Of a DNA stretch of 64,000 bases, positions 27,400 through 36,583 are shown in pieces. A program made the position numbers and the translations under genes. Origin of the DNA: a virus (lineage: Duplodnaviria > Heunggongvirae > Uroviricota > Caudoviricetes); the IMG/VR virus record IMGVR_UViG_3300047471_000949; one strand, written 5' to 3'. A model generated the notes under the pieces. It was not told where the DNA came from. It made no database searches and saw only the letters and a program-made list of their open reading frames with translations. Each line of letters opens with the position of its first letter. The stretch's first letter is position 1.

Positions 27400-29108
27400 G
27401 ACTTGAGTTAAAACGTATTCGTTGGAAGAACCTGTTAGCCACAGGTAACCAATGGACAGAAATCGATCTAAACCAAAGCAAAACTACGCTTATTGTGGGG
27501 ATCAACGGTTCAGGTAAATCGACGCTACTTGATGCGTTGTTCTTTGTTCTCTTCAATCGGCCATTCCGCAAGATCAATAAGCCGCAACTAGTCAACACCA
27601 TTACCAACAAAGAGTGTGTGGTTGAGTGTGAGTTTGTGGCGAATGGTTATAACCTCAAGGTTATTCGAGGAATAAAACCTAACATCTTCGAAATCCATAA
27701 AGACGGAGAACTAATAACCCAAGACGCTGATAATACAGACTATCAGGACACCTTTGAAAAATACATCCTGAAGGTTACTCATAAAACTCTTTCACAGATT
27801 GTGGTGCTGGGTTCTGCTATCTTCGTTCCGTTTATGGCTTTGCCTGCGGGACAACGACGCGGAATCATTGAGGACCTACTTGACCTCGAAATCTTTACCA
27901 AGATGAATATCCTTCTGAAGGATCGTCTTGATCGCTGTGATAACAAGCTAAGGGATAGTGAAGAAAATAAAAGACTCTTGGAAGAACGCAAAAAACTCTC
28001 AGAAGAACACCTTGAGAAAATGTCAGCTTCTAAAGAGAAGCTGATCCAGGAACAACAGAAGATTGTTGAGGAGCTAAGTTCACAAATCAACGAACTGGCT
28101 ACTATGCTTGAAGGTCTGGCTAGCCAAATAGAAGAGATGGATCGAAAAACGGTTCCGATAGATGATTTCCACACCAAAAAACAAGAGATAGTCCAGATAC
28201 GGTCTGAACTGAACCAGAAGACCAAGATAATCAATCGTGAACTGCTATTCTTTGCAAATAATGAGGTATGTCCGACTTGTCGTCAGCATATTGAGAGCCA
28301 CCATAAAGAAAAAATAGTTCAGGAGGATACCAGTTCAGTAGACCAATATTCGACAGCCATTAAAAAACTGGACGAGAAAATCAAGCTCATTGAGGACAAG
28401 ATTACTGAAATCGATCATATTCACCAGGAAAGCTCATTTCTAGAAAAAAGGTTTTTAGAAAATACCGTTAAACACGATGAGCTGGATCGCCAACGCGAAG
28501 CCTACAAACTAACCATTGAAAAAATCAAGGCCGAAAGTTATGAAGTCGACTTTTCCAAGCTGGAAGAAGTCAAGCAGCAACTAGGCGAACTGGAATCCAT
28601 ACTGATTGAAATGTCCGGAGATAGAACTGTTATGGGTTATGCTGCGGTCCTCCTAAAGGACAGCGGAATCAAGGCAAAGATCGTCAAGAGCTTCCTGCCG
28701 GTGATAAACCAGCTAATCCAAAAATACCTCGCGGCTCTGGACTTTTTCGTTGAGTTTCATCTAGACGAGGAATTCAATGAAACCATTCTATCACGACATC
28801 GTGATAGTTTCTCCTATGAGAGTTTCTCCGAGGGAGAGAAGATGCGACTGAACCTGGGAATACTTTTTGCCTGGAGGGCAGTCGCCAAGCTGCGCGGTTC
28901 TATCGACTGTAATTTACTGGTGCTGGATGAACTACTCGACAGCTCGTTAGACGCCGATGGAACTGATGATGTGCTTCGCGTCATTTCGTCCTTGACAATG
29001 GACAACAATGTGTTTATTATAAGCCATAAAACTGACCAGATTTCCGATAAGTTCTCGAAGGTTATTGCCTTCGAAAAAGTCAACTCATTCAGTAGGATTG
29101 TAGAATGA
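27396..29108 (+). CDS. gp46: recombination/repair ATPase subunit gp46 (Rad50/SbcC-like)
   Basis: Walker A GINGSGKST; long central coiled coil with a CPTCRQ zinc hook; signature FSEGEKMRLNLG; Walker B LLVLDE; H-loop IISHK. Confidence 0.9.
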   Translation: MRLELKRIRWKNLLATGNQWTEIDLNQSKTTLIVGINGSGKSTLLDALFFVLFNRPFRKINKPQLVNTITNKECVVECEFVANGYNLKVIRGIKPNIFEIHKDGELITQDADNTDYQDTFEKYILKVTHKTLSQIVVLGSAIFVPFMALPAGQRRGIIEDLLDLEIFTKMNILLKDRLDRCDNKLRDSEENKRLLEERKKLSEEHLEKMSASKEKLIQEQQKIVEELSSQINELATMLEGLASQIEEMDRKTVPIDDFHTKKQEIVQIRSELNQKTKIINRELLFFANNEVCPTCRQHIESHHKEKIVQEDTSSVDQYSTAIKKLDEKIKLIEDKITEIDHIHQESSFLEKRFLENTVKHDELDRQREAYKLTIEKIKAESYEVDFSKLEEVKQQLGELESILIEMSGDRTVMGYAAVLLKDSGIKAKIVKSFLPVINQLIQKYLAALDFFVEFHLDEEFNETILSRHRDSFSYESFSEGEKMRLNLGILFAWRAVAKLRGSIDCNLLVLDELLDSSLDADGTDDVLRVISSLTMDNNVFIISHKTDQISDKFSKVIAFEKVNSFSRIVE

Positions 29109-29497
29109 AGATATTAGTATGTGGCGATCGGAATTATACTAATCATAGACGAGTTAGCACAGTTTTAGATGAGCTAGCAGTAGAACATTCGATATATTAT
29201 CATCCTGAGGATAACTGGCTACCAACCGATATAACCATCATTCACGGAGATGCCACAGGCGCCGATCGTATGGGTGGTAACTGGGCAGTAAAAAATTATG
29301 CTCGTTTGGAAGTCTTTCCTGCCAACTGGGAAAAATATAGAAGGGCTGCTGGGCCTATTCGTAATCAAAAGATGCTAGATGAAGGGCAACCGGATTTAGT
29401 TGTATCATTCCATCCCGATCTATCTAAAAGTAAAGGAACTGCTGATATGGTAAAACGAGCCAAGAAAGCAGGTATTCCAGTTATTGAGATAAAATGA
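29105..29497 (+). CDS. SLOG / DUF2493-family Rossmann-like protein (DprA/LOG-like)
   Basis: IIHGDATGADRMGGNWA ... AAGPIRNQKML ... KGTADMVKRAKKAGIPV pattern typical of DUF2493 SLOG proteins. Confidence 0.55.
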   Translation: MKILVCGDRNYTNHRRVSTVLDELAVEHSIYYHPEDNWLPTDITIIHGDATGADRMGGNWAVKNYARLEVFPANWEKYRRAAGPIRNQKMLDEGQPDLVVSFHPDLSKSKGTADMVKRAKKAGIPVIEIK

Positions 29498-29643
29498 CCC
29501 TGCCGATCTGGATTGTTTCACCAAAACAAAACGCCGAAATCGTCAAGATGATAAGCAACGGCACAATATCACGGAAAGTCGCAAAAGACTTACTAGATAT
29601 GATTATTGAAGACAATCTTAAATTAATCAAGGAAAAGAAATGA
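29485..29643 (+). CDS. small GatB/YqeY-domain-like protein (52 aa)
   Basis: MTLPIWIVSPKQNAEIVKMISNGTISRKVAKDLLDMIIED; ATGA-coupled on both sides; not in the track. Confidence 0.3.
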
Positions 29644-30098
29644 CCTATACTATTACTGGAAAGGTAAGCATGTTTGGTGGTCCGGACGACCACGGGGTTC
29701 GGCCGGATGAAGGTTTGGCTTTATATGATAAAAGCGATATAAGATTTCCAGGCCGTCGTTTTCGACCAGAAAGAAATCCCCACGATTTGTTTTTGCCATA
29801 TCAACCCAGAGGCACCACCGGAATGGCTCGGCGATTAGACCCAACACAGTTTTATATCGCAACACGTTGGAACTATAAAGTGACGCCTCGTGACTTCTTA
29901 CGACAAATTCAAATCACTGTTATTGCTAGAAAGACCAACAGGTCATTTTTAGCCTGGCCAGCCGATTGGGGACCAAATATCGATACAGGACGGGAAGCCG
30001 ATTTATCTCCTGGATTAATTAAGGCGCTTGGAATCGAAACGGATGATCTAATCGAGGTAATAGTGCCGACACCAAAAGGAGTAGAAATGTATGTTTAG
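29640..30098 (+). CDS. hypothetical protein, possible double-psi beta-barrel (RlpA/3D-like) cell-wall-binding or lytic domain
   Basis: GKVSMFGGPDDHG ... AWPADWGPN ... LSPGLIKALG; weak motif-level resemblance only. Confidence 0.3.
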   Translation: MTYTITGKVSMFGGPDDHGVRPDEGLALYDKSDIRFPGRRFRPERNPHDLFLPYQPRGTTGMARRLDPTQFYIATRWNYKVTPRDFLRQIQITVIARKTNRSFLAWPADWGPNIDTGREADLSPGLIKALGIETDDLIEVIVPTPKGVEMYV

Positions 30099-30324
30099 AT
30101 TCTTGAAGGAACTAAAAAGAAGTAAAATTGATCCAATACACTTGTATCCTGGAGATTCAGTTATAGTAACCTGGAGAGATAATAAAACCGAAAAAGTTCT
30201 GTGTGAACATAAGCTGGATGCAACCCAATCAATGACTGTAGATGAGGCATTGATTTTTTCAGGTGAATATGAGAATCGAAAAGCCCTTGGTGGAATGGTA
30301 TTAGAGGAGAAGAAAAATGTCTGA
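30091..30324 (+). CDS. hypothetical protein
   Basis: 77-aa ORF. Confidence 0.35.
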   Translation: MFRFLKELKRSKIDPIHLYPGDSVIVTWRDNKTEKVLCEHKLDATQSMTVDEALIFSGEYENRKALGGMVLEEKKNV

Positions 30325-30541
30325 TGAACATGCAAAACGAATAGGTGAAGCTTTAGACATTGCTTTCAGATATTCCCAAATAGATGGTGACCACCATAAG
30401 GCCTGGGTTATTGATCAGATGGTTAGAAAACTAACCAAAGATCATTATAACGACTGGATCAAGAACTATAAAGGAAAATATATCAAAGACGATCAATATG
30501 AGGGACCAGAATATGACTGGAATGAGGGAATAGCTCCTTGA
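30317..30541 (+). CDS. hypothetical protein
   Basis: 74-aa ORF. Confidence 0.35.
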   Translation: MSDEHAKRIGEALDIAFRYSQIDGDHHKAWVIDQMVRKLTKDHYNDWIKNYKGKYIKDDQYEGPEYDWNEGIAP

Positions 30542-31077
30542 TCCTCGAACTAACTACTTACAAAAATGGTTTGGACAAACTTCTGACTCCGACCAAGCCA
30601 TATGTCTTTGCCGACCATAAGCCGGAGGAAACTAAACAGCTTGCAAAAGACATGATTGCCGCCGTTTATCACTACAACGGTTTAGCAATAGCAGGCAACC
30701 AAGTCAACCTTCCGTGGTCAGTTATGGCATTTCGTGGTTCTCCTGAAGACTTCACAATCTTCAACCCTGTTATTCAAGCCGTCTCTGATGAGCTAATAGT
30801 TCTGGAAGAGGCTTGTCTATCGTTTCCTAAGTTCGCCATAAAGGTAAAACGACCAAAATCTATTCGAATCGCGTTCAATGATCTGAACGGTGCGCAAGGA
30901 TCACAAGAGTTTACTGGGATGACGGCCCGAGTCCTGCAACACGAAATGAAACATCTGGAAGGCAAAATGTTCTTCGAAGGAACGTCCCGGATATATATCG
31001 AGCGGGCAATCCGACAAGCCCAGAAACGCGAGGAAGATTATTCAGGAATGGGATTTATGAAATATGCGCGATCATAA
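30538..31077 (+). CDS. def: peptide deformylase
   Basis: PDF motif 1 GLAIAGNQV, motif 2 EACLSFP, motif 3 QHEMKHLEG (HExxH metal site) in canonical order. Confidence 0.8.
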   Translation: MILELTTYKNGLDKLLTPTKPYVFADHKPEETKQLAKDMIAAVYHYNGLAIAGNQVNLPWSVMAFRGSPEDFTIFNPVIQAVSDELIVLEEACLSFPKFAIKVKRPKSIRIAFNDLNGAQGSQEFTGMTARVLQHEMKHLEGKMFFEGTSRIYIERAIRQAQKREEDYSGMGFMKYARS

Positions 31078-31258
31078 AAGAATAAACAGAATCCTCAAAA
31101 AATTCGCCGCCGAGTGGAAAAAATATCCAGATATGCGGTTTCTACAGCTGGTTGAATGTCTGATCCCTCCTTCTCACGCTAGAATAGATAAGTTTTATAT
31201 AGAAGACGATATATTTGAAAAGCATTTAGATGAACTGAAGGTAAAAAATGAGCCATAA
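31064..31258 (+). CDS. hypothetical protein
   Basis: 64-aa ORF. Confidence 0.35.
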   Translation: MRDHKRINRILKKFAAEWKKYPDMRFLQLVECLIPPSHARIDKFYIEDDIFEKHLDELKVKNEP

Positions 31259-31448
31259 AATCGAGAACGGAGCGAAAGTATGGAAGGGATGGGAACCAAC
31301 AAAAGACGGTGTTTTCCGAAAATATTATAAAAAAGAAGCTTATATCGATGCTTGTTATGGGTTCTTCTGGGCTTATAATAAGGAAAAACATTGTATAGGA
31401 AATTTTCATACCCTAAAAGAAGCAGAAGAGGCTTTAAAAGGAAAGTAA
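31248..31448 (+). CDS. hypothetical protein
   Basis: 66-aa ORF. Confidence 0.35.
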   Translation: MSHKIENGAKVWKGWEPTKDGVFRKYYKKEAYIDACYGFFWAYNKEKHCIGNFHTLKEAEEALKGK

Positions 31449-31449
31449 C

Positions 31450-31746
31450 ATGACACAAAAACAACCAAAATACCAACATTCATTGCTCGGTAAAAACACT
31501 TACTACAAGGTTCGTGTGGATGGGGAATGGTATCCTCTTCCCGGAATTGATGCTTGTTGTGATTGTGGTCTGGTTCATCGGAACGAATACCGCTATATGG
31601 GTTACGACAAAATCAAGGATTCAGTTATAATTGAGTTCCGCCAACATCGCGACACAAAACGAACAGCTGCACTTCGTCGTGGCCGACAAGAGGCAATAAA
31701 AACGAGGTTAGAGTCATCGGTAAACGATCAAAATTCCAACGCATAG
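31450..31746 (+). CDS. hypothetical protein (Cys-pair CCDCG); possibly the N-terminal part of a frameshifted methyltransferase
   Basis: 98-aa ORF whose 3' part overlaps, in another frame, the conserved N-terminus of the downstream Dam-like MTase. Confidence 0.35.
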   Translation: MTQKQPKYQHSLLGKNTYYKVRVDGEWYPLPGIDACCDCGLVHRNEYRYMGYDKIKDSVIIEFRQHRDTKRTAALRRGRQEAIKTRLESSVNDQNSNA

Positions 31747-31748
31747 AA

Positions 31749-32246
31749 AAAGACTTCTACCAAACGCCAAAGGAAGCGGTTGAGCCGCTAATACCTTTTT
31801 TACAGAAAAGAAACGGTATTCTGTTCTACTACGAACCTTGCGTCGGAAAAGGAGCGTTGGTAAAGGCCATTGAATCGATAGATTTTAACATGGCACGTTG
31901 CGTTGGAGGATCAGATATTGAAAAAGACGCAACCTCTTATAAATATATTACAAACGCCGAGTTTTTTGTGACCAACCCACCGTGGACTAGAGAGTTGCTG
32001 CATCCTATTATTGAGAACCTAAGTTCTCAGCTTCCAACCTGGCTACTATTTGATGCAGGGTGGATGTTTACGAGGCAAGCAATTCAATACCTGAAATATT
32101 GCCATAAAATAGTCACTGTGGGACGAATAAAATGGATACCAGGTTCTCAATATACTGGGAAAGATGATTGTTGTTGGTATCTGTTTGACCAAAAACTAAT
32201 ACCACAAATACCAGGACCACTATTCTTTGGAAAACAAGAAAAATGA
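31749..32246 (+). CDS. DNA N6-adenine methyltransferase (phage Dam-like, DFYxTP / NPPW type) lacking an in-frame ATG
   Basis: KDFYQTPKEAVEPL...YYEPCVGKG...FFVTNPPWT; the frame is open back to 31635 with no ATG/GTG/TTG; the first ATG (31857) lies after the conserved N-terminal motif. Confidence 0.55.
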   Translation, partial: KDFYQTPKEAVEPLIPFLQKRNGILFYYEPCVGKGALVKAIESIDFNMARCVGGSDIEKDATSYKYITNAEFFVTNPPWTRELLHPIIENLSSQLPTWLLFDAGWMFTRQAIQYLKYCHKIVTVGRIKWIPGSQYTGKDDCCWYLFDQKLIPQIPGPLFFGKQEK

Positions 32247-32518
32247 GGTTTAAGTTCTTCGATGGAAACACTGGACAAGTCCATACCGTTACCGAATGGA
32301 TCGACGATGGAAAGCGTGATATACAGCTTGACCAGGACGAGCTTGATCTGATAAGATTTGAGGGAGAAGGCGGACCCCCGCACCGTGAAGAAGGTGGCAA
32401 AAAGAAGATCGAAGATCATTATGACGATGTAAAGTTCGAACGAGTTGTAAAAAGAGTTAAACGAAAAGAACGAAAACGTAAGCGAAAGAATTATGTAACT
32501 TTTGGAGTAAAGATGTGA
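32243..32518 (+). CDS. hypothetical protein with a basic KRKERKRKRK tail
   Basis: 91-aa ORF. Confidence 0.35.
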   Translation: MRFKFFDGNTGQVHTVTEWIDDGKRDIQLDQDELDLIRFEGEGGPPHREEGGKKKIEDHYDDVKFERVVKRVKRKERKRKRKNYVTFGVKM

Positions 32519-32781
32519 GCCTGCTTATTCTTTTATTACTAATATTTCTCCTCCAGGCTATATTCCCATCAAGCGGCCAGCATTACCTACCTTCATTTGG
32601 GGAAGTTCTTGCCTTTATTGTGTGTGGGGTGTTATTGCTGGGGATGGGCACGGCATTGCTATACGCTGCGGCATTTATCTCATTATGGATCGGCAACATC
32701 TCATTATTCCCCTTTGTGCTTATGGGTGTTATTGCCGCATCAATGTTATGCATCTCATTAACGGTAAGGTTATTGGAGTAA
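32515..32781 (+). CDS. small integral membrane protein (3 predicted TM helices)
   Basis: 88 aa, almost entirely hydrophobic. Confidence 0.4.
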   Translation: MSLLILLLLIFLLQAIFPSSGQHYLPSFGEVLAFIVCGVLLLGMGTALLYAAAFISLWIGNISLFPFVLMGVIAASMLCISLTVRLLE

Positions 32782-32785
32782 GATT

Positions 32786-33799
32786 ATGAATAAAACTGTA
32801 TCTCAACTCGGCGATATATGGAATCTTGGAAAGCATCGCCTTCTTTGCGGCGACGCCACCGATAATACGGCTATTAATAAACTTATGGGAGGAGAAAAAG
32901 CCTCTCTATTGTTCACATCTCCCCCCTATGGAAATCAACGATCCTATAAGATTGGAACGATTGATTGGACTACGCTGATGTGTGGAGTCTGTAAAAATAT
33001 TCCCTATAAAAACGATACTCAAGTCCTTATAAATCTTGGTCTTATCCATCGCGACAATGAATGGCAACCCTACTGGGAAGAATGGTTGAAATGGATGCCA
33101 GCTAATAGTTGGCGGCGCTTTGGTCTCTATGTCTGGGATCAGGGATCAGGACTTCCTGGAGACTGGAATGGTCGCCTAGCCCCGGCATTCGAGTTTATCT
33201 TCCACTTCAATAAGGAAGCAAAGCAACCTAATAAGATCATCAAGTGCAGTTCGGCTGGCAAAGCAGTTCCTATCGATAAGAGAGGTGGGCTTCGTAAAAA
33301 CAATGGACTTGATGCTGAGCGATGGACCCACGCCGGAGTTCCCGTTCAGGAGTGGCGTATTCCAGACTCAATCATTCACATAAACCGACAAGCCACCTCA
33401 GGAATAGAACGAGAACACCCGGCTGTATTCCCTGTTCCGTTTCCTGAGTTTATTATCAGAACCTATTCCAATGAGGGGGAGATAGTTTATGAACCGTTTG
33501 CTGGTTCAGGCTCCACTATTATTGCTGCGGAGAACACGAACCGACGCTGTTACGCAGTCGAGTTAAGTCCGGAATATGTAGATGTTATTATCCGACGATA
33601 TCAACGAATGTTTGAAGGACAGGAGGCAACTTTAGAATGTAAAGAGGTCTCTATTGGAGGAACTCGTGTTGTGCAGCCAACTTTCAAAGAGGTTGCAAGA
33701 CTCAAAGGTATTGAATTACCCAATGATAAGGAACTTTATCGACCAGAAACTGGCACCAAACGTAAAGACCCCATCAATGTTCTTTCAGATTTTATATGA
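32786..33799 (+). CDS. DNA amino-methyltransferase (N6-A/N4-C, beta class, N6_N4_Mtase family)
   Basis: N-terminal motif IV FTSPPYGN followed by C-terminal motif I EPFAGSGST, the beta-class order. Confidence 0.8.
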   Translation: MNKTVSQLGDIWNLGKHRLLCGDATDNTAINKLMGGEKASLLFTSPPYGNQRSYKIGTIDWTTLMCGVCKNIPYKNDTQVLINLGLIHRDNEWQPYWEEWLKWMPANSWRRFGLYVWDQGSGLPGDWNGRLAPAFEFIFHFNKEAKQPNKIIKCSSAGKAVPIDKRGGLRKNNGLDAERWTHAGVPVQEWRIPDSIIHINRQATSGIEREHPAVFPVPFPEFIIRTYSNEGEIVYEPFAGSGSTIIAAENTNRRCYAVELSPEYVDVIIRRYQRMFEGQEATLECKEVSIGGTRVVQPTFKEVARLKGIELPNDKELYRPETGTKRKDPINVLSDFI

Positions 33800-33939
33800 A
33801 CTGGAAACCTAGAATTCCTAGCTATTGGAATTGGCAATGTATGATAGGCTGGCACAAATGGAAGATTGGTTATCTGCAATCGCCTTATGGTTGTCAGTGT
33901 CAGCGCTGTGGAAAATATAAGTGGAGAATTGTAATATAA
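33796..33939 (+). CDS. small Cys/Trp-rich protein (47 aa)
   Basis: MNWKPRIPSYWNWQCMIGWHKWKIGYLQSPYGCQCQRCGKYKWRIVI; ATGA-coupled to the MTase. Confidence 0.3.
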   Translation: MNWKPRIPSYWNWQCMIGWHKWKIGYLQSPYGCQCQRCGKYKWRIVI

Positions 33940-33940
33940 A

Positions 33941-34315
33941 ATGAAAGTATATCTTTGTGGTCCCATTAACGGCTGTAGTGACGAAGAGTGTAAAGATTGG
34001 AGAGAATATGTAAAAACTCAACTGCCGGATACTATTGATCCTATGCGTCGTGATTATCGAGGCAGAGAAGTCGAATCAGTTGATGAAATAGTAGAACTAG
34101 ATAAGCTTGATATTGAAAATTCTAAGGTTCTTCTCGTAAACTACGAAAAACCAAGTGTCGGAACCAGTATGGAAGTATACTATGCTTGGGATTTGGCGAA
34201 AACAGTAATAGTTGTTTGTAAATCTGGAACTAATATCAGTCCTTGGCTAAAATATCATTCAGATAAGTTTTTTCATTCGTTTGATGAAGCAATCAACTAC
34301 ATAAAGGAGCTATAA
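33941..34315 (+). CDS. nucleoside 2-deoxyribosyltransferase-like protein (Rcl/NDT fold)
   Basis: VYLCGPI N-terminal strand and VGTSMEVYYAWDLAKTVIVV consistent with the NDT/DUF4406 family. Confidence 0.5.
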   Translation: MKVYLCGPINGCSDEECKDWREYVKTQLPDTIDPMRRDYRGREVESVDEIVELDKLDIENSKVLLVNYEKPSVGTSMEVYYAWDLAKTVIVVCKSGTNISPWLKYHSDKFFHSFDEAINYIKEL

Positions 34316-34318
34316 ATA
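34311..34318 (+). promoter_or_regulatory. T4-type late promoter TATAAATA
   Basis: Exact match about 32 nt upstream of the 34351 gene. Confidence 0.5.
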
Positions 34319-34350
34319 GAATAGATATAATGGGAATATAATAAGAAACA

Positions 34351-35358
34351 ATGAATGAGATAATCCCTCAGCAACCACAACAATCCCCTAAAATCGAAAT
34401 TAAAATACCACAAGAGGAGCTAAGTAAACGAAAACTGTTTATTGGCGTTCCCCAATATGGCGGAATGTGTGGAGGGCTCTTCTCCCGATCAATGTGTGAC
34501 CTGGCAGCAATCTGCGCTCACCATAAAATCACGCTCCAACTGCATTATTTGTTTAATGAAAGTCTTATAACCCGAGCCAGAAACTATATTTGTGACGAGT
34601 TTGTACGGTCTGAATCAGACCACCTGATGTTTATCGATTCCGATATTGGATTTGATGCTCGTGATGTGATTGCATTGATGGCATTGCAGACACAAGATGA
34701 AAAATATGATATTATAGGAGGTCCCTACCCCAAGAAATGTATATCGTGGGAAAAGATCGTTCAGGCCATAGACAAAGGAGTTGGTCGAGAAAATCCTGGC
34801 GATCTTGATAAGTTTGTTGGAGATTATGTGTTCAATCCCATGGAAGGCCAGAACCAAATTCCGATATTCCAGCCAGTCGAAGTCAGAGAAATAGGCACTG
34901 GCTTTATGATGGTTCGGAAAGAGGTTTTTGGAAAATTCGCGGCAGCGTTCCCGCAATATTCCTATCGACCAGATCACGTTCGAACGGCACATTTTGATGG
35001 TTCTCGCGAGATTATGCAGTATTTCCAGGCTGAGATTGATGGAGTTGATTTCGCCTCAGAATATAAAAAGATTATCGACAAGATTTTAAAAGACCCCAAG
35101 GACCCCAAACTGGTTAAAAAAACCGAGGAACGTTTAGCCGCGCTGCAAGAGCAAGTCCAGAAAAAGAGTAAACGCTATCTCAGCGAGGATTACTGGTTTT
35201 CTCAAAAATGCCACGAAATAGGAGTAAGAACTTTCCTGTGTCCGTGGATGAGATTGAGTCATCAAGGAACCTTTATCTTTGGAGGATCACTGATCGACTT
35301 GGCGTCGGTTGGAAGCGCCGCTACGGCCGACGTGAGCTTATTAAAAAACAAGAAATAA
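34351..35358 (+). CDS. putative GT-A-fold glycosyltransferase
   Basis: HLMFIDSDIGFD (DxD-like) about 100 aa from the N-terminus; 335 aa; no TM helix. Confidence 0.4.
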   Translation: MNEIIPQQPQQSPKIEIKIPQEELSKRKLFIGVPQYGGMCGGLFSRSMCDLAAICAHHKITLQLHYLFNESLITRARNYICDEFVRSESDHLMFIDSDIGFDARDVIALMALQTQDEKYDIIGGPYPKKCISWEKIVQAIDKGVGRENPGDLDKFVGDYVFNPMEGQNQIPIFQPVEVREIGTGFMMVRKEVFGKFAAAFPQYSYRPDHVRTAHFDGSREIMQYFQAEIDGVDFASEYKKIIDKILKDPKDPKLVKKTEERLAALQEQVQKKSKRYLSEDYWFSQKCHEIGVRTFLCPWMRLSHQGTFIFGGSLIDLASVGSAATADVSLLKNKK

Positions 35359-35362
35359 GTCC

Positions 35363-35391
35363 TTGACAACGATCTAGTCTTATTGTAATAT
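35363..35391 (+). promoter_or_regulatory. sigma70-type early promoter (TTGACA-N17-TAATAT)
   Basis: Upstream of gp45 with an AAAAGGAAC RBS before the ATG at 35420. Confidence 0.55.
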
Positions 35392-35419
35392 TGTCTTTCA
35401 ATCTAATAAAAGGAACAAC

Positions 35420-36094
35420 ATGACCACCGAGTTTAAGCTTTCGAAGCAAACCCGCGCTTACTTGGACAACTTTTCCAAGATAAACAATTCTATTATATTC
35501 CGTCCCGGAACTGCTCTCGCAACAGTATCCAAAGACGAAGATGTCATTGCCCGAGCTAAAATAACCGACAACATTCCAGATAGATTCGCCATCCACGATG
35601 TTTCTAAGTTCCTTTCGATTCTGAACCTATATGACGACGCAGCGATTACAGTAAACGACAAAACCCTTACCATAAAGAACGGTAAGGCGCAAAAGTTTAA
35701 TTTCACGCTGGGCGCCGAAAAAGGTATTACCACCACCGAAAAGGACAAAACAGAACTTCCTCCAGTAGTTGCTGAGTTCCATCTGAGCGCGGCCGATCTT
35801 ATTTCGCTCAAGAAAAACCTCTTGACTGGCGGCCTAAACACCGTAGTATTCTTCTCCAATGGCAAGACCCTTGGAGTAAAAGCCATGAACATTGGTGAAC
35901 AAACATCCAATGAATATGATGCAGTATTGAGAGAAACGAGCGGCAAAAAGTTCTCAGTAGCATTCTCCGATTCCAAAATTACCAATATGCTTGAGTTCGA
36001 TTATGAGGTATCGATCACCGATAAGATCGTCAGATTCAAGTCAGATAATGTGGAATATTATCTACCTCCGCTGAAAGGATCAAAAACAGGATGA
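35420..36094 (+). CDS. gp45: sliding clamp gp45
   Basis: Collinear with T4 gp45: KLSKQTRAYLDNFSKINNSIIF vs KLSKDTTALLKNFATINSGIML; 224 aa vs 228 aa. Confidence 0.9.
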   Translation: MTTEFKLSKQTRAYLDNFSKINNSIIFRPGTALATVSKDEDVIARAKITDNIPDRFAIHDVSKFLSILNLYDDAAITVNDKTLTIKNGKAQKFNFTLGAEKGITTTEKDKTELPPVVAEFHLSAADLISLKKNLLTGGLNTVVFFSNGKTLGVKAMNIGEQTSNEYDAVLRETSGKKFSVAFSDSKITNMLEFDYEVSITDKIVRFKSDNVEYYLPPLKGSKTG

Positions 36095-36309
36095 CCAGAC
36101 AATACAGAATCAATCAAATTATTGATGCAGTCAAATACATCGGAACCAATCTCGCCGAAGTCCAAAAACTCAAACCAAACTATATGCCTCGTGAACCTAA
36201 TTGGGGCGATGAATATGAATATATCTTTAAGACACCAACCAACAAAGTTTTTGTTATGCCGGTGGCTTTATTCGAAGCATTATTTACAGAAGTAACAGAA
36301 AACCAATGA
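36091..36309 (+). CDS. hypothetical protein
   Basis: 72-aa ORF. Confidence 0.35.
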   Translation: MTRQYRINQIIDAVKYIGTNLAEVQKLKPNYMPREPNWGDEYEYIFKTPTNKVFVMPVALFEALFTEVTENQ

Positions 36310-36575
36310 TCTATAATTACCAAATACAACGAGCAAGAATTTTTACCGAAGAAGGTCAAATAATGTTCCTAAAAATTCGTGATATGGCGAAAAAACTATC
36401 AAAACAATCCGGCGCTGTAATGTGTGACAAATTACTATGCGTTACTGGCGACACCTGGGATATGTTGGCGTGCGTTGATCGTCTCGTCGAGTTGAAGGAG
36501 CTAATAGAAATCCCTAATCCGACGAGCAGCGCTGGACAACATCGCGTCTTTATTGCACCATACGAACCCCTATAA
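36306..36575 (+). CDS. hypothetical protein
   Basis: 89-aa ORF. Confidence 0.35.
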   Translation: MIYNYQIQRARIFTEEGQIMFLKIRDMAKKLSKQSGAVMCDKLLCVTGDTWDMLACVDRLVELKELIEIPNPTSSAGQHRVFIAPYEPL

Positions 36576-36583
36576 AGGAACCA

